A DNA stretch of 64,000 nucleotides from the NCBI GenBank assembly GCA_964508365.1, contig CAZDTP010000006.1, positions 32,001 through 96,000 on the forward strand, in the 5' to 3' direction. Source of the DNA: an uncultured archaeon (GTDB lineage: Archaea > Asgardarchaeota > Lokiarchaeia > Sigyniarchaeales > SOKP01). The notes under the pieces were generated by a model. That model searched no databases, was not told the origin of the DNA, and saw only the letters and a list, made by a program, of their open reading frames with translations. Position numbers and translations under genes: made by a program. This document shows positions 31,498 through 40,375 of the stretch, in pieces (positions within the stretch are counted from its first letter, which is position 1; each line of letters starts with the position of its first letter).

Positions 31498-33510
31498 ATG
31501 AAAAGAAAGTTTAATCCTAAAGATATAAAGATCGGTTTGAAATTACCAACTATTCTAACCCCTTTAAGTTCTATATTTATCCGTATGGCATTTCTTGTAG
31601 ATTATGTTTATTCTCCCCTTTTCAAAATTTTTGAACTAATTGGGCGATCGAAAAGACTCAAAAATATCAATTTTCTACCAGAAACTAGTTCGATTAGACT
31701 CAAGGAAGTCTTGATAGAGCTCGAAGATGGGGGAAAATTAGCGACAGATATTTACTTACCTAAAGAACTTTACAAAAAAAAGGGAACGGGGCCGACTATT
31801 CTAGTAAGACTACCTTATTGGAAAGATCGTCTTAGTATTTTAGGATACTTTATAGCTTCTAAAGGATATGTCGTTGTGATTCAAGATATTCGGGGTTGTG
31901 GTCGATCAAGGGAGTATGGTACTAATTCACTATATATGTACGAACGACAAGATGGAATCGAAACTTTACGTTGGATTACTCGTCGATTTTGGTATAACAA
32001 AAAAATAGGAATGTGGGGGTTATCATATTTAGGTATAACTCAACTAGCCGTATCTTGGAATAATGACAATTTACTGGCTTGTTTAAATCCTATCCATAGC
32101 TCTTATTCCAATGTGTTTTGGCATCCTGGTGGGTTGTATCCTGTTGGTTTATCGGGAGCTTTATACTTAATAATGAATTCTACCGCAAAAATGAAGAAAT
32201 TAACAACTATGGATTTTAACCAATGGGATAGGAATGGATACTACAAAAAACTCTTTTTCGATCCTTCGAATAGTTTTTATAACGAACCATTAGACTCCAA
32301 AAAGCCAAGGTTGTCAGATATGGCATCCGTCGAGAATCCCAAATACTCGATGAAAATGATGAATAGTGTGTATAAAACAGATGTCGATGTTTCAAAGATG
32401 GATGATGGATCGTTTATAAAACTAATAAAGGAGTTATTTTACAAAAGAAATATATTTCATAACTATGACCTATCTCCATACGCATTTGGACTCAACTATG
32501 AATTTAACACACCCATGTTATTTATAGGGGGGTGGTATGACATGTTCATAGAGCATATGATGCGAGATGTTATGTTAATACAAAAAAACGCACCAGATTT
32601 TTTCAGAGAGAAGTTTAAAATGATCGTTGGACCGTGGAGTCATATGAATATGGATAAGCTTTTATTAAAGCCATTGAAATATTCACATTTAAAAGATGAT
32701 TTTAGATTCTTCCAAAAAATCCTCCCCTTCTGGTGGTACGATTGTTATTTAAAAGGGGAACAATCGCTTTTATCTGAAATTCCTCCATTACAGATTTATA
32801 TCTTAAACAAGGATATTTGGAGAGCTTTTTATAAATGGCCTCCAACTTCGACTGATTTAAAGTTATATCTTCATTCAAATGGGAAGAGTAACAGCCTAAA
32901 CGGAGATGGACTTCTTTCTAAAAACAAACCTAAAGAAGAACCGCCAGATCAATACCAATTTGACCCTTCTAATCCCGTGATTACTAAAGGTGGGAGAAAT
33001 TTGTTCTTATTAAGTGGTCCTCAAGATCAAACCGATAATGAAAGATGTGACGACATTCTAATTTTTACTACTCGTGCCCTTGAAAAAGGTTTGGAGATAA
33101 TCGGAGAGGTAAAAATAATATTTTATGCATCAACTACCGCAGAAGATACGGATTTCATGGTTAAACTAACCGATGTTTACCCAAACAATAAAAAATCAAT
33201 AAATCTAATTGATTCAGGGATTAGAACGCGTTATCGTAGCGGTAACTTAGATGAACCTGAATTAGTTGCCCCTAATAAGATTTACAAATTCGAAATAGTA
33301 ATCGGATCCATTGCTATTTATTTTCCAAAGAATCATAAAATACGGTTAGAGATTACTTCAAGTAATTTTCCAAGATTTGACGTTAATTCTAACCTTGCTG
33401 GGAAAAAAAATAAAAAGAAATACCAAATCGCCACCCAAACAATATATCACGATAAAGATCACCCATCACATATAATTATCCCTGTTTTTAATGGAAAAGA
33501 AAATAAATAA
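31498..33510 (+). CDS. CocE/NonD-family hydrolase
   Basis: LATDIYLP, RLPY, DIRGCG, GLSYLG nucleophile, GGWYD, GPWSH, and C-terminal RLEITSSNFPRF. Confidence 0.9.
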   Translation: MKRKFNPKDIKIGLKLPTILTPLSSIFIRMAFLVDYVYSPLFKIFELIGRSKRLKNINFLPETSSIRLKEVLIELEDGGKLATDIYLPKELYKKKGTGPTILVRLPYWKDRLSILGYFIASKGYVVVIQDIRGCGRSREYGTNSLYMYERQDGIETLRWITRRFWYNKKIGMWGLSYLGITQLAVSWNNDNLLACLNPIHSSYSNVFWHPGGLYPVGLSGALYLIMNSTAKMKKLTTMDFNQWDRNGYYKKLFFDPSNSFYNEPLDSKKPRLSDMASVENPKYSMKMMNSVYKTDVDVSKMDDGSFIKLIKELFYKRNIFHNYDLSPYAFGLNYEFNTPMLFIGGWYDMFIEHMMRDVMLIQKNAPDFFREKFKMIVGPWSHMNMDKLLLKPLKYSHLKDDFRFFQKILPFWWYDCYLKGEQSLLSEIPPLQIYILNKDIWRAFYKWPPTSTDLKLYLHSNGKSNSLNGDGLLSKNKPKEEPPDQYQFDPSNPVITKGGRNLFLLSGPQDQTDNERCDDILIFTTRALEKGLEIIGEVKIIFYASTTAEDTDFMVKLTDVYPNNKKSINLIDSGIRTRYRSGNLDEPELVAPNKIYKFEIVIGSIAIYFPKNHKIRLEITSSNFPRFDVNSNLAGKKNKKKYQIATQTIYHDKDHPSHIIIPVFNGKENK

Positions 33511-33567
33511 GATAATTACATAAGAAATCGAGGGAGTAAGATTATTAGATTATTCCAGCTGAAATTG

Positions 33568-34371
33568 TTATTTCGTCATATTTTTCAGTGGTTTTGCTGA
33601 TGTATATAAATAGCTAAAATAAAAGTTGCTTGCGGGTCCAAATGCTATATGATCGGTAGCTACCCCGAAATAGCTTAATGCCTTGAAAAAGCCTTGCGTC
33701 AGTATAATAAAAGCGTCTTCCCCTTCGTCCATTACTACGCTTGCTCCAAACACTTGATTACGAGAACGAATTTCAGAGATTTCACGATATTTTTCGATTA
33801 CTTCTCTAAATTCTTTGTCTTTCAATGCGTCTTCTTCAATAAGCATTTTTATATCAGTAACTCCTCTAGCTCTTGCTTTTTTAACATCATCATAAAATAC
33901 ATCTAAAAACTCATAATAGGGAGCAACGAAGTATAGAGAATTTTTAGCGCGATTGATGAGATCAATACTGCGACTGATACATACATCCCGTCCTCGGTGA
34001 ACATATAAAGCAATTTTTATAGGAGTGTCATGAGATTCGTAAATAGGTTTGAGCATGTGGATGATTTTGTTTGAGTGTTCATCAAAATTATCGTTAAGTT
34101 GTTTCTTTGCGATAATTAGCACTTCATCAGGACTTTTTGCAAAATAAGTTGACGGACGAGTGTTTTCTTCTCTTAGAATGAACATTTTTTCCTTTTCTAA
34201 TTGAGTTAAAATATTGTAAATTCTAGAATATGGAACACCTGAGGCATCAGAAAGCTCCCTTGCATCCATAGGTCCTTTTGAGATTAGAGTTAAATATATT
34301 GAAATCTCATAATCTGTTAATCCAATCGCATGCAAAGAATTTTTAACATTATCGGGAGTTTCATTTGACAT
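33568..34371 (-). CDS. TrmB-family transcription regulator
   Basis: GLTDYEISIY, LSDASGVPYSRIYNIL helix-turn-helix, followed by a PLD-like effector domain. Confidence 0.88.
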   Translation of the reverse strand: MSNETPDNVKNSLHAIGLTDYEISIYLTLISKGPMDARELSDASGVPYSRIYNILTQLEKEKMFILREENTRPSTYFAKSPDEVLIIAKKQLNDNFDEHSNKIIHMLKPIYESHDTPIKIALYVHRGRDVCISRSIDLINRAKNSLYFVAPYYEFLDVFYDDVKKARARGVTDIKMLIEEDALKDKEFREVIEKYREISEIRSRNQVFGASVVMDEGEDAFIILTQGFFKALSYFGVATDHIAFGPASNFYFSYLYTSAKPLKNMTK

Positions 34372-34510
34372 TATACTGCACAGCTATTCAAATTTGTGTA
34401 ATAAAGATGTTTTAAATACTTATAAGAGTTTTGTTAATTATTAGTTGAATAAATATTACATACTATATAAGATATTATTGGTATTATTTTTTTTTTGAAC
34501 CCTTGCGGGG

Positions 34511-34554
34511 CAAGTCATCTTGCGACTAATATTTTCTCGCAAAACTCATCCTTT
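34511..34554 (-). promoter_or_regulatory. candidate SECIS element (eukaryote-like)
   Basis: The minus strand reads GGAUGAG-UUUUGCGA-GAAAAUAUUAG-UCGCAAGA-UGACUUG: AUGA...GA core, 8-bp helix, apical AAAA. It lies 15-20 nt 3' of the TAA at 34569. Confidence 0.7.
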
Positions 34555-34568
34555 TTTTAAAATAATGT

Positions 34569-34748
34569 TTAAAATACATTTGTAAAGATACTGCATGTAC
34601 TAGGTCATCCTCCTCCTGCTTCCTCAAGAGACCCAAAATATATTACTATCAAAGAGATAATTACCGTCAATGTAGCTATTAGTGCTATTAGAATAATATA
34701 GAGAACGATTTTATTGATTCTATCATTTTCAAATAATTTTAATCGCAT
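34569..34748 (-). CDS. candidate small membrane selenoprotein (59 aa, UGA at codon 48)
   Basis: MRLKLFENDRINKIVLYIILIALIATLTVIISLIVIYFGSLEEAGGG-[TGA 34605-34607]-PSTCSIFTNVF-TAA. TATA-like TATATAAAAAA lies about 25 nt upstream and a SECIS-like hairpin lies downstream. Confidence 0.65.
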
Positions 34749-34890
34749 AAAAAAAGCCTATAATGATTTTTTATATATGTTAATTTTAAAATATTAAAAG
34801 CTTTTTCATAAAAAAATCCTTTTGGATTCAGAAAATTGACCGTTTGTTACTAGTGTATAAAATAAGTGTTTTTAATTACGCTTCAATTAA

Positions 34891-35742
34891 TTGATATTAA
34901 GCAAAAATAGAAAGACTTTCAAGATTATGAATATAAATCATCGAGAATCTAAGAGCATCATAACTAAGAGCAACATACCCAAAATAGATTTTGTTATTAA
35001 TCCTTATGTTGGTTGTCAGCATGGGTGTATTTACTGCTATGCGGAGTTCATGATAAGATTTACTGGCCACAAGGGCGATAAATGGGGCGAATTCCTGGAT
35101 GTTAAAAATTACGACTTCGAGAAAATTAAACCTAAGAAGTATGATGGAAAAAGAATACTCCTTAGCTCTGTAACAGACCCTTATATTCCTTTAGAGTTAA
35201 AATATAAAAATACTCGAAAGATTCTCGAAAAACTCGTTGGAACAAAAGCAGAGATTTCAATTTTAACGAAATCTAAATTTGTTACACGAGATATTGATTT
35301 ATTTAAAAAGTTTGATAATCTTGAAATTGGTATTTCAATCAGCTCTTTAGATAACGAATTCGCACAATTGATAGAACGGGGAGCTTCAAGACCAAAAGAA
35401 CGATTAGAAGCTTTAAAAGAAATACACGAGAACGGAATTAAAACTTATACCTTCATTTCACCATTTTTTCCAAAAATTACTAATTATAAAGCGATAATAG
35501 AGGAGACAATGGATTATACAGATTCATATATGTTTGAAAATTTAAACTTCAGACCTCATAATGTTCCAAGAATTTTAAACATTATAAAGCAGATACATCC
35601 TGAATTTTTACCTCTGTATAAAGAATTCAGGAAGGACCATTCTAAATGGGATTCTATTGAATCAGAAATAGACGCCTATTGCAAAAAGATGAAACTTTTT
35701 TATAAAATCGAATTTCATCATGGGGGATTTTCAAAAAGCTAA
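34891..35742 (+). CDS. radical SAM protein, spore-photoproduct-lyase-like family
   Basis: INPYVGCQHGCIYCYA (CxxxCxxC), SSVTDPY, ILTKS. The likely start is ATG 34927. Confidence 0.87.
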   Translation: MILSKNRKTFKIMNINHRESKSIITKSNIPKIDFVINPYVGCQHGCIYCYAEFMIRFTGHKGDKWGEFLDVKNYDFEKIKPKKYDGKRILLSSVTDPYIPLELKYKNTRKILEKLVGTKAEISILTKSKFVTRDIDLFKKFDNLEIGISISSLDNEFAQLIERGASRPKERLEALKEIHENGIKTYTFISPFFPKITNYKAIIEETMDYTDSYMFENLNFRPHNVPRILNIIKQIHPEFLPLYKEFRKDHSKWDSIESEIDAYCKKMKLFYKIEFHHGGFSKS

Positions 35743-35767
35743 ATAGATCCAAAATCCCCTAAATAGA

Positions 35768-36256
35768 TTAAAATACTTCATCAATATATCTTTTTAATTG
35801 CTTCACATCTTCAAAATAAAATATGCTAACATTTTCTTTAAAGAATGGTTTTAGTAGCCCCCCTCTCTTTAAAACTTCAGTGATTTCTACATCTTTTAGA
35901 ACAAACACTTTTGTTTTTTCATAGTATTCTTTAAAGGAGAGGATTATCCCCATCTCAATCATATGTCCGCCCTTATCATGTTCGATGATCATAATGATCT
36001 CATCCGAGAATTTTGCGATTAAATCAAATTTTAGAATGAGATTTTCAAGATGAGTGCGTCTAAATTCTTTTTCAAAGAATCCAAGATTATTTTCATTCAC
36101 ATTTATTATCTTTTGCACTTCTTGAAGATTAGTGAATGTATCATCACTGTATGAACCACAAATGAAAATTTTATTCTTTAAAAGGTCGAAAACCGAAAAA
36201 ACGCTAATGAATTCATCTAAAAATTCGTCCCATGCACTATGATGTGAGACCTCCAT
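35768..36256 (-). CDS. hypothetical protein, possible nucleoside-deoxyribosyltransferase-like fold
   Basis: IFICGSY...SDEIIMII...GGHMIEMG pattern; weak resemblance only. Confidence 0.45.
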   Translation of the reverse strand: MEVSHHSAWDEFLDEFISVFSVFDLLKNKIFICGSYSDDTFTNLQEVQKIINVNENNLGFFEKEFRRTHLENLILKFDLIAKFSDEIIMIIEHDKGGHMIEMGIILSFKEYYEKTKVFVLKDVEITEVLKRGGLLKPFFKENVSIFYFEDVKQLKRYIDEVF

Positions 36257-36429
36257 TTAATTTCCCCTAAAATATACTAAACATATTAGAAATTCGTTTA
36301 TTTTATAAATTATTATATGTCAATGATAATTGACTCTATTAGATTTGAGTTAGATTTAAATATGCAATTAAATATATTTACCTTGGAAATAAACGAAAAA
36401 ATTAATATAAATAATAGGAGGGAGATAAT

Positions 36430-36780
36430 TTGAAGCTTCCGTTGAAATTTGAGAATAAAAGAAAAGGATTGGAATTTATATCTGAAAAAACCCGTTATAA
36501 AATTCTGCTCACACTATTAGCAAGCGAAGTCCCCCTGTCTTTCAGTCAATTAAAAGTACTTTTACCTTCAATACCAGAGAACAATTTAAATTATCATATT
36601 AAAATCTTGAAAGAGAATGATTTCATAAAAAATAAGAAGGTTTCAGAATATAAACGCTCAGAACCAAGGTCATTCTATTCCCTAAGTGAACGTTCTTATG
36701 AACTGCTTAAAGATTTAGGATTAACCGATGTGAAGGAGGAATTGACAGCAATTCTTGAACAGAGCCAGAACAAACAATAG
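36430..36780 (+). CDS. ArsR/winged-helix transcription regulator
   Basis: TRYKILLTL...LSFSQL...NLNYHIKILKE pattern. Confidence 0.8.
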   Translation: MKLPLKFENKRKGLEFISEKTRYKILLTLLASEVPLSFSQLKVLLPSIPENNLNYHIKILKENDFIKNKKVSEYKRSEPRSFYSLSERSYELLKDLGLTDVKEELTAILEQSQNKQ

Positions 36781-36796
36781 ATTATTAATGAACAAC

Positions 36797-37120
36797 CTAT
36801 TCTAATCTTTCTATTTTAAAATAAACGGGTCGAAACCAGTCAGAACAACTGGTAATTGCCACTCCTTGTTCTTTCATTCCAAGAATATTGCCCCCCGAAG
36901 CAATTAGATTGATATCATTTCGAATATCTGCCCAAGCCCAATCGCAAAATTCTGTAGGAACAGAAGCTAAATTTGGATCAATAATAAATTCTTGACCAAC
37001 TTCAAATTTTTCACAAGGACCCATTTCTTTGAAATCCTCTACCACATATTGGTTAATTAAATCTTTATTATGCGTTCTTTTAATAATAGTAATTTTACAA
37101 TTTGGTAATTTCATTCTCAA
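36797..37120 (-). CDS. TIGR04076-family protein
   Basis: KITIIK, GPCEKFEVGQEF, FCDWAW, CSDWFRPVYFKIERL. Confidence 0.8.
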   Translation of the reverse strand: MRMKLPNCKITIIKRTHNKDLINQYVVEDFKEMGPCEKFEVGQEFIIDPNLASVPTEFCDWAWADIRNDINLIASGGNILGMKEQGVAITSCSDWFRPVYFKIERLE

Positions 37121-37143
37121 TCACCTTTTTAGGATGAAATAAT

Positions 37144-38136
37144 TTATTTTATTTTGCTTATAATTTTTTCAGGTATATGGATTGCAAATGTACACTCTAG
37201 ATCACCATACAAACCCGTTTTTATGGGTTCAACAGTTATTGATTGTTCAAAAATCTGATCCCAATATAGTTTGTACCAGCCGGCACTACAATGACAAAAA
37301 ATTTTTAAAGATTCATTATCAGTTCCCTCTTTCAAAGCGCCTCGAATCCAAGGACAGTAACATAAATAAAATTTCTTCATTTTCTCATCCTTAGCAGTTA
37401 AAAATTCCTTAGTTTGATAGGGAACTTTACTGGTATAAACGATATTTTCTTTTCTCACTCCTACTAACATTTGGTTATTTCTTACAAATTCAATTACTTC
37501 GTCATCCACGATCTGCGCAAATTCTAATGTTCCTTCATCTCGATGCTTCTCAAGCCTTTCTATTAAATCGTGGTGTTTCTTTAGTAAAAATCCATCAATT
37601 CCTAATTCGGCAAGAATTTTTTTATCTCCTTCAATATCATCAGGGGGACGACCGTGAAGACAAGGTGAAAGAAGTGTGATAGTATCTTCTTTTCCAAGAT
37701 TATCTTCCAATCTTTTCATAATGCTTTTAGTAAAATTCGGTTTTTTTTCTGGATGCACTCCTAATGGAGGAATAGTTAAATCTCTAAACATTTCATTCCT
37801 CATTTGTTCTCCATGAATTTCAGCTATTCTTGAAAATAATGTATCCATTGCATTATAGGATTCAACAATATCTATAGTTTCAGTAATAATATCATATTTC
37901 TTGGAATAATTAGCATAACTCAAGATCGCTCTTAAAAAATCAAGAACAGAATCTTTATCAGTAGAGACTAGATATTCCGTATACTCAACTAGTTTTTTTG
38001 GATTAACTGAATCGAGACTTAGGTTTTCTTTTTTGAGATAATTTTCATAGTCGCCCAGCTTTGAAAGAAATATATTTATTACTTTAATATCAATATCATT
38101 TTCTTCTAAAAAGTTTTGAAAATTCCTTTCATTCAT
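37144..38136 (-). CDS. hypothetical protein, DUF6144/V4R-like Cys-containing C-terminus
   Basis: CLHG, CYCPW, FCHCSAGW...ECTFAI pattern. Confidence 0.55.
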   Translation of the reverse strand: MNERNFQNFLEENDIDIKVINIFLSKLGDYENYLKKENLSLDSVNPKKLVEYTEYLVSTDKDSVLDFLRAILSYANYSKKYDIITETIDIVESYNAMDTLFSRIAEIHGEQMRNEMFRDLTIPPLGVHPEKKPNFTKSIMKRLEDNLGKEDTITLLSPCLHGRPPDDIEGDKKILAELGIDGFLLKKHHDLIERLEKHRDEGTLEFAQIVDDEVIEFVRNNQMLVGVRKENIVYTSKVPYQTKEFLTAKDEKMKKFYLCYCPWIRGALKEGTDNESLKIFCHCSAGWYKLYWDQIFEQSITVEPIKTGLYGDLECTFAIHIPEKIISKIK

Positions 38137-38436
38137 TTTCTAAATATATCTTTGTATCTTAATATCTTTTATTTTTAAAATGTAATTTATAATTATCAAA
38201 ATACTTTATTTAGAGAAATTGAATTTATGAAAGCTATCGATTATACTTTCCAAAAATCTCCTACAAGACAAATGAAAAAATTCAAGGAATTACAAAGTAG
38301 AAAAATCTCTGATTCTTTTTTAAAAAGATTTAGCCAGTTTAGTCTAGTGGGAGGTTAAGAATTTCTAAATTATAAACAGTTAAGTAATAAGGAATAATTC
38401 TATTATTTTATAAAAAATACAAAAGTTGGATTTAAT

Positions 38437-38922
38437 ATGGGTATTAAGAAAGGTGATATCATCAAAGTTGAATATGAAGGAAGATTAGAAGACAGAACCA
38501 TATTCGATAGCACGGAGCTTCAAGGAGGGGAGCCGTTAAAATTTGAAGTTGGCACTAGAATGTTAATTCCAGGATTTGATGATTCTGTTATTGGTAAAGA
38601 AGTAGGGGACTCGTATGAGATTACATTAAGCGCTTCTGAAGCTTACGGTGTGATTGATCCCTTATTAGTTCAAACTGTTAGCATAAATCAACTGCCAGAA
38701 GATTTGGATCCTGAACCCGGAATGATGCTCGGAGTCGGTGACGCTAACGGGACTCACTCAATGGCTTGGGTTAAAGAAGTAGATGAAGAGTTTATAAAAA
38801 TTGATATGAACCACCCACTTGCGGGAAAAACGCTTCATTTCAATATAAAAATTTTAGAAACAGGCTGTGAACCAGACCCACCGGATGCTCATGAATGCGG
38901 TTGTGGTTGCGAGCATCAATAA
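38437..38922 (+). CDS. slyD: FKBP-type peptidyl-prolyl isomerase (SlyD-like)
   Basis: YEGRLEDRTIFDS, LIPGFD, AYG, DMNHPLAGKTL.F and a Cys/His-rich tail. Confidence 0.9.
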   Translation: MGIKKGDIIKVEYEGRLEDRTIFDSTELQGGEPLKFEVGTRMLIPGFDDSVIGKEVGDSYEITLSASEAYGVIDPLLVQTVSINQLPEDLDPEPGMMLGVGDANGTHSMAWVKEVDEEFIKIDMNHPLAGKTLHFNIKILETGCEPDPPDAHECGCGCEHQ

Positions 38923-39024
38923 GTATATACTGGTTTGTTCTTTATAAATAGATTTTTATTATTATTATTGAATTCCTAGTAAATAATTTAATTTATTTAT
39001 TTTAGATTATTCTTAGAAATAGAA

Positions 39025-40347
39025 ATGAGCTATAAATTTACAAAAGAGGAATTAGAAGAACTTTTAATTGATTATAATAAAATTGCGTTAAAAGAACAGA
39101 ATCTCGATATACCGTCTCAAGTCTGTATTTGGGATGAAACATTGAGGGATGGCGAACAAAGTCCTACTGTTTATCTTACACTTGATGAAAAAATCCATTT
39201 AGCAAAATTAATGGATGAAATTGGAGTAAAATTAATTGCCGTTGGTTTTCCTGCTGTATCCAAAACGGAAAAAAAAATCGTTAAAACTCTCGTTAGTGAA
39301 AACTTTGAAAGAGCAACTATCCTCGGAATAGCTCGACCAAAAAAGGAAGATATCGACGCATGTATAGAGGCAAACCTTAAAGAAATTGTAATTTTTATGC
39401 CTATATCTCCAATATTTAGGAAGACATTAAAACAAAAGCCTGAAGAGCAGTTAGAAATGATAACTGACGCAATTCATTACGCAATTGATAACGGCTTCAA
39501 AGTAAATTGGGTTTCTGAAGACGGAACACGGTGTGATTTCAATCATTTGAAAAATGTGTTTCAGACGGCGATTGAAGCAGGCTCTGAAAGAATTGTGCTT
39601 GGCGATACTGTTGGCGTTTTAACTCCTTATTCTACTTCTTACTTGTACAAGCGTATTAAAAAAGAGGTGTTGAACCCTCTCAAGAAAAAAATCCCAATGG
39701 GTATTCACACACACAATGATTTTGGTTTGGCTGTTGCGAATACGATTACGGGAGTTATTGAAGGATGTACGTACCCACACACATGTATTAATGGATACGG
39801 AGAAAGAGCGGGAAACGCCGCATTAGAAGAAGTTGTAACTACTTTAGAACGAATTGGGATAAATACTGGTATTGATATGAAAAGATTACCAGAGTTAAGT
39901 GAAGTCTGTGAGAAATACTTCAACCAACCTTTAGCTTTGAATAAACCAATAGTTGGAGAACATGCATTCTCTCATGAAAGTGGTCTTCATATAGCCGCAA
40001 TTTTAGCACATCCTTTAACATATGAGCCAATTAATCCACATATGGTAGGAAGAAGAAGAAAATTCTATCTTGGAAAATTTTCAGGCTCCAAATCGATTTT
40101 ACACGCTCTTAAAAAAAAAATTAAAATCTTGGATTTAGATATTCCAGATGCAATTATAAAGCAAATTGTATCTGAAGTGAAAAAAAAACATGAGGAAACT
40201 TCCAAAAAGGATCTTAGAAAATCTTTTAATTTGATAAAACAGGAATTAAAGAAAATTTCAAGGGGCGTTGGAGATAAAGAATTCTTCGAAATTGTAAATA
40301 AATACGCCCAACCGTATGTTCCTGACGATTTTAAACCTAAAAATTAA
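39025..40347 (+). CDS. homocitrate/isopropylmalate synthase family (DRE-TIM) enzyme
   Basis: DETLRDGEQSP, DTVG, HTHNDFGLAVAN, GYGERAGNA, HESGLH. Substrate cannot be assigned from motifs. Confidence 0.88.
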   Translation: MSYKFTKEELEELLIDYNKIALKEQNLDIPSQVCIWDETLRDGEQSPTVYLTLDEKIHLAKLMDEIGVKLIAVGFPAVSKTEKKIVKTLVSENFERATILGIARPKKEDIDACIEANLKEIVIFMPISPIFRKTLKQKPEEQLEMITDAIHYAIDNGFKVNWVSEDGTRCDFNHLKNVFQTAIEAGSERIVLGDTVGVLTPYSTSYLYKRIKKEVLNPLKKKIPMGIHTHNDFGLAVANTITGVIEGCTYPHTCINGYGERAGNAALEEVVTTLERIGINTGIDMKRLPELSEVCEKYFNQPLALNKPIVGEHAFSHESGLHIAAILAHPLTYEPINPHMVGRRRKFYLGKFSGSKSILHALKKKIKILDLDIPDAIIKQIVSEVKKKHEETSKKDLRKSFNLIKQELKKISRGVGDKEFFEIVNKYAQPYVPDDFKPKN

Positions 40348-40375
40348 GAAATTTGAATTGTGCCCTTTATTCTAA

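Noticed and set aside
34608-34748. Reading the small ORF as a 47-aa ubiquitin-like modifier because it would end in GGG
   Set aside because: The sequence is a single TM helix, not a beta-grasp fold, and the SECIS-like hairpin favours UGA read-through.
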